This document shows, in pieces, positions 35,593 through 48,462 of a stretch of DNA of 64,000 nt (the first letter of the stretch is position 1; the number at the start of each line of letters is the position of its first letter). Below the pieces are notes generated by a model. The model was given only the letters and a program-made list of their open reading frames with translations. It searched no databases and was not told the DNA's origin. Position numbers and translations under genes: made by a program. The DNA comes from Cyanophora paradoxa CCMP329 (lineage: Eukaryota; Plantae; Glaucophyta). The stretch covers positions 372,001 to 436,000 of the forward strand of contig QPMI01000005.1 in the NCBI GenBank assembly GCA_004431415.1, in the 5' to 3' direction.

Positions 35593-36793
35593 CTACCGGA
35601 AGAAGCGGAAGTACAGAATGAGGATGCAAATGAGAACGATCACAGCGAGGGGCCCGTACGTGCGGATGAACAGCTGCGGGTCGAGCGCAAACCGTCAGGC
35701 CGGCGAACACGCGAAGAAGCGAGCGAGCGCGCGCGCGTGCTCGCCTGAGTGTTCATGTACTTCGCCTGCTTCGCGTACTTCTTCGCCTCGCCCGCCAGCA
35801 TGCTCGAGCGCTGCGAGACGGCTGCGGAGGATCGGAGGTTGGGGCGGATCAGCGCGCGCGGCGGGCCGGCGGAGGGCAGAAGAGCGCGGCGGGGGTACGC
35901 ACTGTCGAGCTTCTCGCCGCGCCCCAGCACCTCCTCGATGTTCTTCGTCATGATGCGGTGCACTGGGCGCGGCGGCGTTCGCGCAGGGGTACGGCAACGG
36001 GCGCGCGGCCGGCCCCCGGGGGCCCGCACCGTCGCGGAGCTCCTCGTTGAGTTTCTCGAGGTTGCGCTGCGAGCGCGAGTCCTGGTACAGCTTCTTCGAC
36101 TTCTGGATGAACTGCGGGGCACGTGATTACGCGAGCGAGGCGCGCGCGTAGGGGGCGAGGCGGCACGCCTTGTCGAACGAGATGAAGGCTGCGCGAGCGG
36201 GAGCCAAGGGGGTCGGCGCGGTGCGAGGCGCGCGCGGGGCGGTGCGGGCGGGCGGCGCGCTCACCGTACGGGCGCTGCGCGGCCTCGACCTGCTGCCCGT
36301 AGAGGCTGAAGAACTCCCGGCTGAGCTCCTCGAGGTAGGAGAAGGCGAGCTTCCGAGGGTAGACCTTGTCGGTCAGGACCAGGTACGCGACGCCGCCGTC
36401 GATGAGGTAGTGGAACGTGAACTGCCCCGCGTCGATGGTGCAGCGCGGGTCGCTGTAGTTCGACAGGCTCTTGAAGATCTGTGTCCGGGGCAGCGGTCAG
36501 GCCGCTCGGGTCGCCTCGTCCGCAACGAGCAGGGCCCTCGCACCTTCTTCGCCTGCGTCTTGTAGCTCTCCAGGTCGATCTGCACGCCCCTGTGAGCGCG
36601 GAGCGTTCGTTCGAAACGCGACGTGGCCGGCACTCGCCTTGCCCGCTTCCTTCTCGTCGTCCATGGACGCCGCCAGCGGGAGCGCGTCGCTCACGCGGCT
36701 AATGAGCGTGAGGATCTGCGTGTGGGAGCGTCTGAGCCGTGGGTCCGGTCGAACGCAGCGGGCCTGCGCGACGGTATTCTAGCGGACCGGCAT
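35593..36793 (-). CDS. SEC22: Longin R-SNARE SEC22
   Basis: ILTLISRVSDALPLAASMDD; YPRKLAFSYLEEL; RPYAFISFDKFIQKSKKLY; VHRIMTKNIEEVLGRGEKLD (NIE segment, R layer); C-terminal TM. Confidence 0.95.
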
Positions 36794-37665
36794 TGGCTCT
36801 TGTTCCTGTTCTGCTGCTTCTGTCCGCTTAGCGTACGCTGAAGTTGCGGTCTACGATTGACAGGGTACGCGACTCGGCGAAGCTCAAAGCCGCGAGCCAC
36901 GAGGCCGGCGTGCGGCTTGTTGCCAAGCCGGCGTCGGCTTGGCGCCGGCGCCGGCGCCGGCGCCTCGAGCAGAGTCGACGTCGAGCTCGCGCCGGCGGCG
37001 TCAGCTGCCGGCCGGCCCCGGCGGCCCGGCCGGGTCAGATTCGAATGCGAGCTCGAATATTAATTCGAATTCGAATTCGAACGCTTGTGCTGAGTGCTAG
37101 CGCTTGCAAAAATTGCTCGCGCATCCAAACATGGGCCTTCTTTTAGATCTAGCTATAGATCATGTTGCTCTCTTGCTAGCTCAGCAGCTACGTATACAGA
37201 GCTAGAGCTGGATGAAACGAACAGTGACTCGTACGCGTGAGTCTAGATCTGTCAATTGTAATTGCAAGATTGAGTGTATCATACGTAAACTATCTGCAAA
37301 GATAAACAGTTTCTGGGCGTCGCGGCGCTTGAACTGATCATGAGTATATATAAATAATTTTTAAAGCTGCCAGACTGCGATCGAATTCGAAGTGAAATAA
37401 TTAATTGTACAAGCGGAAGAAGCTAAAACTTGTCGACAAAACTTGCTGCTGCAATGTATACAGCCGGAAGCGGAGATCTGAATTCGGAAGAGTCTCTAGC
37501 TATAGTCAGATCTCGCCAAGCTTAAGCTTAAGCTTCCAGGCTGCGAATTCAAAATAATTGTACAAACACATGTGTATACGTACACGTCCGACTATACATT
37601 ATAATATTATGGAATCCTTGAATACGTCTGAGCATATGTCGCGATATCGATCGTTTGCTTCATGA

Positions 37666-40600
37666 TCACGCAACGACGCCGATGGCGATGTCAACGGCCT
37701 CGGAGGGCTGGTTCGGGTGCCGCGGCCCGTCTCTGTCCCTGTCGCCCGCCTGCAGCCGCGGCGGGCGGCGCGCAGCTGCAGGCGCCGGCGCCGCGCGGCC
37801 CCGCCCCACCGCGATCTCCTCGCCGCTGTGGCTGCGCCGGTGCCCGTCGGGGCGCAGCGTGGATCCGGGCGAGGGCCCCGGCGCGAGGACGAGCGACTGG
37901 GCCCGGCTGCGCGGGGCGGGCGGCGGGACCGGAGACCGAGCGCGGGAGGCGGGGGCCGGGCTCAAGCGGGGCTGCCCGCGGCCGGCGGCGGCTGCGGCGT
38001 GGCGGAGGGCGGCCGAGCGCTCGCGCGCCTCCTCGACCGTCGCCTCCAGCAGCGGCTTCCGCAGCGGCTGCACGGCGCGCAGGGGCAGGAAATTAAATCA
38101 AGGCGGAGAAAGACCGAAGTGCAAATTTAAAATACATCGAAAATTATATAAGCCGCTCCTCGAGGCAATCATATCATATTTAAAATTAATTTATTCCATT
38201 TATCAGCCTGGCAGGGGCCGCCTCGAGACCGAAATGAATTTACGCGGACCTTGGTGAGGTAGAGGTCCATGCCGGCGCGGAGGCAGAGGGCCTCGTCCTC
38301 CGTCGAGGCGTGCGCTGCGCGGACGGGGCCGGTCGAGATCGGCCCCAAGTAGATGCACACATCGATTATTTTTATTATTTTGTATCGGAGGGCACCGGTC
38401 AAGGCTGCGATGAGGGTGCGGGGGAGTCCCCTCGCAGTCTCCAGGCGGCGGATGCCCTGCGGAAATTAAAATGTAAAGCTCAGGTGATGCTTTGCTAATC
38501 ACAATTGGTAAACGTTCAACATAAATTCGCCCATGCCCGTCAGGGGAGCGAACCTCGGTCGCCTGGTAGCCGTCGCACACCGGCATGCTGCGCGCACGAG
38601 AGAGTGTGCCGATCACACGCCCGATTCAAATACAGGCCATCGTGAAATTTAAGAATTCGAAGAGGCGGGGTGGGGCGGGGCGGGGCGGGGCGGGGCGCGC
38701 CTGCAGTCCATGAGGACGAGGTCGAAGACGGGGTGCCCCGGAGGCGCCGCCCCCGCCTCCGCTGCAAACGCCTCCAGCGCCTGCCCCATGGGCCAGAATA
38801 TTAAGGAGAGGGCCGGGGCGGAGGAGGGGAGTTCGAAGGGGGGAGAGCGCGCCTGGGCCCCGTCGTGGACGACCCGCACGCTGTGCCCCTCCCGCTGCGC
38901 GCGAGCAGGTCACGGTCTGCTGCAGGAGATTCGAATTCGGATGCAGCTGGAAGTGAATCCAGATCGTGAAGGGGACCGGATTCAGGGCGGAAGCTCGCGG
39001 CGATTGGATGCAAGGGCGCACGCGTGTGCGGGATTTCGAAATTTCGCACCTTGAGCATGCCGAGGACGACGCGGGCGTTGACAAGATTGTCTTCCGCCAC
39101 CAGAATGGAGAGCGGCCCCGCCTCCTCCTCCTCCTCCTCCTCCTCCTCCCCCGCGTCCTCCTCGGTCTCCCTCGGGTCGGCCGGGGCGCCCGGGAGGACC
39201 CCCGCGCCCCCGTCGACGTCGGCGCCGCGCGCCGTCGACGTCGCGCCGGCCCCGGGGCCCTCGATCGCCATCGAGATGGCCGAGACCCGCCGCTCGCTCT
39301 GGCCCCGCGGCCGTCGCTCATGATCAGAGCGCGCGACGCGATGGAGGTCAAAGTCTAGAGCCGAGTGCGCACCAGGGCGATGCTGGGGAGGCGGCCCCGC
39401 GGGTGGAGGTGCGGGGAGGGGGCGCCGGGGGCGGGCCCGGTTGCGGCGAGCGAGTTGGAGCGGGTCTCGCCGCCCGAGCCCGAGGCCGAGGAGGGGCCCG
39501 TCACGCCCAGCATCCCCTCGATGCTCGACTGCGCCCCGGCCCCACGGTCAGAACGGACGGGCGCGGCCGCCTCGAGACATATGCATGGCCCGGCCCATGG
39601 CGCGCCTGCGACAAGACTGAGGAGCGGCGGTCGCTGCTCGTGCCGCCCCGGCCCGTGGGCACTATACACGCGAGGCTGTCTGTCAGGGGCAGAGGGCGGT
39701 GCAGCGCGCGATATATATCGATGGCGGCGTGAGCGGCGCGCGCGCCGACGACGAGGGGTATCGTGAAGAAGAAGGTCGACCCGCGCTGCGGCGCGCTCGA
39801 GACGCCGATGCGGCCCCCCATCCGCACGCAGATCTCCTGCGCGCGCGCCCCGTCGGATTAATATTAAAACCGCCCCGCCCCGGCCCGCGCCGAGCACTCT
39901 CATTTGCGCATGTACAATGAATATTAATATATTGATTTTGCGCTGGCACCTTGCTGATGGCGAGGCCGAGGCCGGTGCCGCCGGGGTCGGCGCCCTCGCC
40001 GGGCCCCCTCCGCACCCTGTAGAAGCGCGAGAAGAGCTGCCGCTGCGCCTCCTCCGCGATCCCCGCCCCTACAATTGCAAAATTCAAACAACAACATCCG
40101 CTCGGTTTGAACTCGGAGAATCCGAATTCAAGCGACGGGGCCCTCGTCAGCGCACCCTCGTCTGTGACGGCGAAGCGGACGTGGGGCGATCCGTCGGGCT
40201 CCCCCCTCTCCACCGACACCCGCACCTGCCGGCCCGGCCAAGAGAGCGCTCCATGTTCAGGCCAGGCCAAGAGACGGGCAGCCGGCGGGGCAGGGCGGGG
40301 GCGGGGGCGGGGGCGCCGGCCACGGCCCCGCGGCCGCGCGCACCGTGACGGTCCCCTTGTCGCTGTACTTGACGGCCTGCGCGAAATCCCGGGCGAAGAG
40401 GTGCCGGTTAGAAGAGGTGGGCGACAATTGGGTTTACGTCCGAAATAGACTCATAAGCTACAGGTGATATTCAGCGCGCGCTCGAGACGGCGCACGTTGC
40501 CGGCCAGGTTGAGGAGGACCTGTTAGAAATTAAATTCGTATTAGCTCGCAGAAAATCCAAATTAACATGCACATCCGGAAAAAGGTGAATACGAAAGAAG

Positions 40601-43600
40601 GGCGGGGACCTGGCGGACGCGGTCGGGGTCGGCGAGGACGATCGGGGGCACGCCCTCGCCGATCTCCACCCGGACGGCCATCCCCTTCCCGTCCGCCTGC
40701 GCGTGCCCGCCGCCGCCGCTGTCAGCTCAATTCAAATCGATGTGATACGGTATGATCATGATGTGGTGTGATTGCAGGGCGGGCCGGGGCGGGGCGGGCC
40801 TTGGGCTTGACGATGCGGACGGCGGAGGCGACGGCCTCGGCGACCGAGGTCGGCACGTACTGCAGCTCGATCAGCCCCGCCTCCACCTGCCCGACCCGAC
40901 CGAGAGGAGTTGGCCGGCGGTGCGACGAGGCGCGCGCGGGGGGAATGAATTCAAAGCTCGAGGCGCGCGCCTTCTGGATGTCGAGGACGTCGTTGACGAG
41001 CGCCAGGAGGTGCTCCCCCGACGAGAGCGCCTGCCCCGCACAATGAGTACTAGTAGTGGAAGCCTCGAGCTCGCCACACGACGTGGGGTCCCAAGCCATC
41101 GCGAAGGACGCGCGCGGCTTAGAAAAACGCTTCGAATTCTATAATTATATAAGCGCGAAACTATGATGCAGTCCGGGGCCGCAAAATTAAATCTTACGGG
41201 TTCTAGCTTCTAGTAGCGCGAAACTATGCCGCGATATTTGAAGTGTTCAGCGCCGCATGGGGGTCGCGATCGGGGCGCGCGCGCACCATCTCGACGTACT
41301 CGGCGGCCTCGGGCGGGAGCTCGCACTCGCGCGCCAGGTGCAGCATCCCCAGCACCCCGTTCAGCGGCGTCCGCACTGCGGAGGCAAGGGCCCCGGGTCA
41401 GTTTCCCCTCTTCGCAAAGGCCTGCCGCAGTGCGCCAGGACGGACTCTCGTGGCTCATCGTCTGGAGGAACTTGCGCGTCTCGTCCGCCCTGCGCGGCCG
41501 GTAACGCTAAGATAAGCTTAAGCTTGACGTCGGCCGGGATCCGGATCCTCGGGCCGGGGCTCTCTCGAACTCAATGAGGGGCGATTAAATATTCAGCTTC
41601 GAATTCGCGCGCACCGGACCTCCATCTCGAGCTTGGTCTTGCGCTCGGAGAGGACCGTCTTCAGCAGCGCCATCTCCGTCTCGCTCAGCTGCCGCGCAGA
41701 GCACAAATTAAATTAAAGCGAGCTCGAGACTCTCCTAGGCTCGGGCTAAGGAAGTTCAACATAGACATGAAAGAGGGCCGGGCGAGGGGACCTTCTGGAA
41801 CTGGAGGAAGCGGGAGCGGACGAGGCGGAGGAGGGAGCCGAAGGCGGAGAGCTCCGCGAGGCCCGTCCGGATCGCCGCCGACCGCCGCCCCTGCCGCCCC
41901 ATAACCGTAAGCCCCCCTCGAGCTCCCACCTCGATCTCTCTGGTCGTAACGTTATTTTCTATATTGTTCGGCGCGGCGCGCGCACCGCCGTGGAGTGGAC
42001 GCTCCAGTCCGACTCCTCCGACTGGAAGCTGCGGCGACCGCGAGCGGCGCCAGCTCGGATGGAGGCGGGGCGGGGCGGCGATCGCGAGCGGGAGGGGCCG
42101 GCTCGCCTGGAGGGCCGCTGCGCGCGCTCCTGGTCGCGGTCGGCGGCCGAGGGAGGCCTCGGGCCCGCCTCGGTCAGCGCCCCCGCCCGGAGCTGCAGCT
42201 CGACCTCGAGCGCCTCCGACGCCCGCTGGGCAAGCCCCGAGGGGCCTGCCGGCGCGCGGGCCGTCAGACGAAAACGAAGAAGTACGTCGGTGTCGCTCTT
42301 AAGAGCCAGGGCATGCGCAGGGCGGGGGTGGCCGGCACCGTTGCCGCCCGCGATTTCGGAGCGGGAGGGCCGCCGGCCGCCTTCGAGGTCGCGGGAGGCG
42401 CGGCGCGAGCCCGGGAGGAAGCGGCTCCAGCGGCGCCCGCGCTCGCGATCGCGCCGCGCCGGGCTCGGCGGGCCGTACCCCTCCGTGTCGGTCTCCGACT
42501 GGGACGAGCCGTGCCGCTCCGGCGCGAGGCGCATCGCCTCGTTCAGCTGCGGAAACGCCGTCGGGAAATGTTATTTAATGTGAGGTCGGGGACGCGGGAT
42601 CTCCTGGAGCGCTGGCGCCGGCGGGCGATCACCTTCTCGTCGATGCTGGGCGATCCGCTCGTCCGCAGCTCCGCCGAGACAGACTCCATCGTCTGCGGCC
42701 GCGCGCAGGGGCGCCCCCGAGTCAGCGGTGTCCGGATCCGCAGCATGTATATGCTCAGGACTGGGTTTTTAAATTCCTAAAAATATTGATCCGGGCCCCA
42801 GCACGGAAGGCGAGCCCTTGATCGAATGGCGAGGAAGAGGAGGAGAGGGGGGTAGGTTGGGGGGGGGAGGAGGGGGGGGGGGGGTAGGGAGGGGGCATGC
42901 GCACGCGGGCGAGCTGGAGCATGGAGGCGCGGAGCTTGGCGAGCGGGCGCGTGATGAGGTAGCCCGCTAGCGCCGACACCCCGATGCTCGCCACCAGCCT
43001 GTGTGTCCAAGCGCGGCGCCGACGTCATGGTCAGAGCAATTTTAGTCTGAAGCTGGCGGGCCCCTCGGATTGAACGAAGGCCGAATTCGAATTCTTCTGG
43101 CTGTATTGACGGCTGGGGCTGGGGCTGGGGCGGGGGTGGGCGGGGGGGGGGGGGGGGGGGGGGGGAGGGGGGCGGGGCGGAGGGGGGGGGGGGGGGCAGG
43201 GGCCGGACCAGGCGGCGTTGGTGAGGGCGACGATGAGGGCGCTGCGGTAGAGGTCCGCCAGCACCTCGTCCCGCGGCACCGCCACGAGCACTGCCCGCCC
43301 CGCCCCGGCAGCTCAGGCGGGCGGTTCGGAGGGACAGGCTGAGGGGCGATCTCGAGCTCTCGCCCTGGACTGGAGACGCACGCACCGCGCCAGGGAGGCC
43401 GCTGCCGAGGCTGACGGGGGCGCAGGCGGCGAGGTACGTGTGCGCGCCGCTGCCGACGGTGCCCGAGGCGCGCGCCGCGCACCAGCCGCCGGCGGCCGCG
43501 GCGCGGTGCACGTCGCGCACGAGCGGCGAGGCGACCTCCCCCACGGTCAGCGGCCGGTCCAGGTCGGCCCCGGAGGCGGAGGCGTACGACCCCGCCGCCT

Positions 43601-45835
43601 CCGTCGAGCTCACCATGCGGCCTGCCGGGCGCCGGCGCGCCGCGCCGTGAGGCGTGAGGCGTGGATCAGATCTAGAGGCACGCGGGGTCCGACGGTCGCG
43701 CGCGCACCGTCATCGGTGGTGAGGAAGATGAGGGAGCCGGGCATGGGCAGGGCGGCCCGCAGGGTCCCCGAGAGCGAGGAGAGCACGATCGAGGCGCTCA
43801 CCCGCCCCGCCGGCGAGGCCCGCCCCGCGGGGCCGGCGGGCCGGCGGGATCCGGGCGAGTCGGGGGGAGCTGCGGCGCCGCCGCCGGCGCCTGCTGCCGG
43901 ACCTTGGCGCCGATGCTGCCCGCGGCCGGGGCGGGGCGTCGGGAGGGGGCGCGAGGGGCGGAGGGGGTAGCGGCGCGGGCTCACAGGAACATGAGACGGT
44001 CGAGGGGGTTGTGCTGCGCACGGCCGCCGGGGCGAGGCTGTGAGCTCGAGGGCCCCACGCACAAGCACAGAAAATCGCTCGAGGGCGGGAGGGGGAAGGA
44101 GGGAGGGCGGGCGGGGGGAGGGCGGGCGGGGGAGGAGGGGGGGGGAAGGGGGGGGCGGAATGGGGCCACCGTGTCTGAGACACTCCCGGGGAGGCGGGGG
44201 CGGACGATGATGTCGAGGAGCGCGGTCCGTCCCGGCGACTCCCGTATCCTCGCCAGGCGCTCCTCGTGAACGCCGGCGTCGGGGTACGCCCCTCCGAACT
44301 GGGCCGAACCTCAAAATCAGCGCCGCGGCGGCTCGAGCTCGAGCTCGCCGGGGGAAGCTCAAGCGCCACCCGCACCAGCAGCGCGGTCGGCTGGCCGTTC
44401 TCGTCCGCCGAGTAGACGTACAAGTGCGTCTCTGCGCGCGCGCGGCCCCGAGGCTCGCGATCAGAAGCCCGCGCCGATCGTGATCATGAGAGATCTAGAG
44501 ACCGAGGCGAGCACAAGCTTAAGGCTCCCGGCGGACCGTTGCCGAGGGTGGAGCGGCGGCCCGTGGGGCAGGAGCCCTCCGTCTCGAGCTCGGTCGCGAG
44601 GCAGCTCTGCCGGTGTGATCAGCCATGTTCATGGGCCAGGCCTAGGGGGGAGCGAGGGCAAGGCCTAGGGGAGAAGGGAGGAAGGAGGAAGCTTAAGGGC
44701 GGAGTGGGGGGAGGGGCAGGCCTAGGGGAGAGGGGGCGGGGGCGTGAAAAAAGAGGGTTAAGGGGGGGGTGCGATTGGGGGGGCAAGGGCCGGAAGCGTG
44801 GGGGCGGGGGGGGGGGGGGGGGGGGGCAAGGGCCGGACGGGGGAGGGGGACTGGAGGAGCTCGAGGGGAGGGCAGGGGCCGGGGCTTACGTAGGCAACCA
44901 AGACGGACCCCTCGAACTCAGTGGTGAGCGACTGAACCTGTCGAAAATATTATGAAACGTTCAGTTGAATTTACCGAATTCTAGCAGTGGCGTACGTGAG
45001 GGAAGGTCCTCAGGTGGTCGTGAAGGGACTGTAGGACGCCCCGCCAGTTTTCGGGGTGCGTGCGGCCCTGCAAGGTCGCAGCAGAGCGCGCGTGAGGGGC
45101 CGGGGCCGGGCCGGCCGCGGGCGGGGCGCGCTGGCGCGTGCGGGGCGGCACCGCCTCGAAGTCGGCGGCGGTGCGGGCGACGACGCCGACGGCGGCGGAG
45201 AGGTGCGCGGAGACGGCGGCGTCGGCGGCGGCGCCCGTCTCGCGGAGGAGCTGCCCCGCGAGGCGCTCCGCCGTGCTCACGCCGAACCACCACGTCACGC
45301 TCCACGAGAAGGCGACGGCCCCGCACACGCTCACCACGATGATCCCGATCAGCAGCGCCCCGATCGAGAGGCGCGGCTTCCGGCGAGACTTCCGCGATCG
45401 CGAGCGCCCGCCGCGCCCGCCATCGCTCTCCTGCGGGAGCCACCGGGCGGCTGCCGCGGCCGCCTCCGGATCGTCCGAGTCCGGATCCATCTCCCTCCGG
45501 CCGCGGCGCCCCGCCATGGTTTCTGGGCTGTCGAGCTTCGAATTCATGATCAGGGGAGCGCGGGGCGTCGGCGGCCGCGAGATGCGCTGCTGTGGCTGCT
45601 GCGCATGCTCTCCAAACGCATTCGATTTCGAATTCTCCTCGACGCTCGAGCTCGCCGAGGGGCGGGGCTGCGGACTGCGCCGCGCCTGCTGGGTTCGCGA
45701 TGGCTGTACGCGCACGTGTACATGTGGCGCCGCGTGAGCTCCTCCAAATCCCGCGCCCGCGGCTGCAGCTGTCGGTCCGCCGCCGGCGTCCGGCACGAGG
45801 CCTAGGGAGGATGGCAGATGCATATGCATATGCAT
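37666..45835 (-). CDS. Membrane hybrid sensor histidine kinase (TM - extracellular sensor - TM/HAMP - HisKA - HATPase - receiver); start uncertain
   Basis: FLQTMSHE|VRTPLNGVLGML (H-box); VLLNLAGN|AVKY (N); VTDEGAGI (G1); LFSRFYR (F); GGTGLGLAISK (G2); ILVAEDNLVN, FDLVLMDCSMP, AGMDLYLTKP (receiver); TM LLIGIIVVSVCGAVAF; ITRPLAKL HAMP start. Confidence 0.9.
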
Positions 45836-47148
45836 CCACGCGTACGAGGGCTCGCGTATGTCCGCGGCGTCGCGCCGGCGCCGGTCCTAACAATGCGCTA
45901 ACACGTTCACGCGACCTCGAAGATGCGCCTCAGCTGCAGCAAATTAAAGCTTCAAGAGCGGCTCCGAGCCTCCGACTCCGCCACGCGTACGCCGGCCGGG
46001 CCGCCGATCGATTGCGAATTTCGAAGGCGTTACACTGCAGCTGCCTAAAGCTTGGCACGCGGGCGCACGCGGCACACCTTGCAATTGGCAGTGAAAGTTG
46101 GCACGCGTACGCGTACGCTTGCCCGGGCCGGGCGCTGCTCCGCGCGCTAGCTATGGGCCATGCGCATGATCAGCGCACGCGATCCGATGGTCGCCATTCG
46201 CGATGGCAGGCTGCTCGCACGCTGCAGCGCTAGCCTGCCAGCTGGCGTCGACGTCGACTCGGCGACCGTCGGACGTCCGGCGGTCGCGAATTTGGCCGCA
46301 AATTTGTCTGTTAATTCGTCCGACCGGACGGTCTGCGTCGACTCTAGATCTGCGACATCACTCATGATCAGTGACTGCAGCTGACGTCGAGTCGTCGACA
46401 TGGTCGCCGCGTCGATGCCATGAAGGCCCATGATCAGTGATGGCGATACCGAAGTCTGCAATTCGCAAGTTAAGCTTAAGACCGTCGGACCGTGCACGTA
46501 TACGTACGCGTGGACGCAAGTCACGCAACTTCTCACGCAAGCGATCGCGCGAAATAATAAAGCTCCGCTGGGCCCGCGGCTGGGGTGACTGGGCCAGCTG
46601 GCGCGCGGCCGCGGCCGGGCGCGCGCAGGCTGGCGGCGCTTGCGGCTTGCCATGGCCAGCCTGGCAGCTGCAGGCCTGGCGGACTCCGGGAAGTTGGCGC
46701 CCGGCGCCCGCGGCCGCCGCGGCGCCGCGGCACCCGGACCGTGACCCGGTGCACGTGACCGCGGCCACCGCCCAAGCCGCTGAGCAGCCGCGTCGATCGG
46801 TCACCGGGTTTCGAAGCTTCAGCCTTCATGACCAGCATCTCAGCTTAGGAACATTAACTTTTAATGGTAAGTCTCATTGAGTTTGGGATCTGAATGCTCA
46901 TTTTGGTTCTTAACGTTCTTTTTTAATTTATCAGAAACCTGAATCGGCGAAAAAGTCCAACTTGGCAAAAAAGACCTGAATGCCTGAATCATGAATGCTT
47001 GCTATGGCTGACAATGCCGGGGGGCCGGCGGCCCGGCGGCGGGGCGCCCGCGGGCGGCGCGGGGGGCCCGGGGGGCACTGGGCAGCCCGCCGGGCCGGGG
47101 GCTGAGGCCGCCGCCGGCCCGCCGGGCGGGAGCTGACTCAGTGACATA

Positions 47149-47446
47149 CCGTCGGGCACTAAATTACTGCGGCGTTAATTAACGCGGTTTCAAAAATGGC
47201 CCGGCCCTCCTCTGCATGAGCGAAATACCGCTGTAACAAATTAACGCGGGTTAAAAAATTTGAGGCTTGTATGGGGCAGTAATTTCAGGGGGTACTGTAT
47301 GGGGCGACTTCGAAATTCTCAGGAATCTCGAGCTCAGCAGCAAATTACCGCGGCACCAAATTACCGCGTTTAATTTTAACAAACTTTTGGCGCGTTAATT
47401 TGGTACCGCGTTAGTTAAGTGCCCGCGGTACTTAAGTGCCCTACGG
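47149..47446. mobile_element. MITE, Tc1/mariner-pogo type
   Basis: TA|ccgtcgggcactaaattac ... gtacttaagtgccctacgg|TA; imperfect TIRs with internal aattaccgcg/aattaacgcg repeats. Confidence 0.8.
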
Positions 47447-47925
47447 TATTCACTGAGTCAAGTATTAGCTGTACAGCCTGTACTGTACACATATCATATT
47501 ACCAGGTATCATAGTATGTGACTAATGTGATCCGGATCCTGTCACAGTGTATACAGTATACGTACGTATATACACGGTACCGGTACATCATGATCACAAT
47601 TTTGCAAACTTAAAATTCACGATGATCGCAGTACATGTGCCACGGTGCACGTGGCCATGCATATGGGCCTGTAGGCTGTGGCAGGCTCTGGCAGCTAGCG
47701 CTGCTGTGCACGTGTGCCACACTGCCACGTGCATCGTGACTGCCATGGCGCCGGCGCCTACATGCAAGGCTCGACAATAGCATGTATGCATTGGCATAAC
47801 ATTTGTAAGCATTGTCATGCATATGATCATCTATGAACGGGAGCTGATCACTGCCAGGCTGTACTAGTCCTCGCCTTTCCACTGTCTTAATATAAAAAAA
47901 GCTTGCGCGGGAGCCTACCCGGTGA

Positions 47926-48350
47926 CCGTAAGACAGAATATAAATATATATATATTAGCCTAGGAGTGCCGACTGTGCCGCTGAGTGCGCGCATAATATT
48001 AGTGCGGCACCAAATTAGTGCGTTTTTCGCCATGAAAACGTACTAATTTGAGACCGCACCACTGCGGTTACAGTGCGGTACGTCCTGGAAGCAACTCCAC
48101 GATCGCGACAGCTAGCTCTACGATCGCCACAGCCATGCGGCCCATGCATTGCATACTTGCACTTCTAAAAGGAGACTAAGAAAATACCGTAGGAGTACAT
48201 ATACAGCGTTTACCCCCGCCTCATACGCTGAAATCGTAAAACGTTAACGGCACTAAAACCGCACTAATTTGAGACCGAACTAATTACCATGGACGGGGTC
48301 CGGGTCTATAAACGCACTAATATCGTGCGCACTAATATTGTGTTCTACGG
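47926..48350. mobile_element. Second, more decayed pogo-like MITE
   Basis: Left ccgtaagacagaatat..attagtgcg; right cgcactaatattgtgttctacgg|TA; repeated gcactaa/ttagtgc subterminal motifs. Confidence 0.6.
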
Positions 48351-48462
48351 TACGCCTACGAGTCGGCTACGACGGGAGCCCTCCTTGGCTGATCGTGATC
48401 ACCATTCACTGACGACTCCGGAAAGAGCGCGCTGGTGCTCGTGTGGGGGAGGGGTCCGACGG

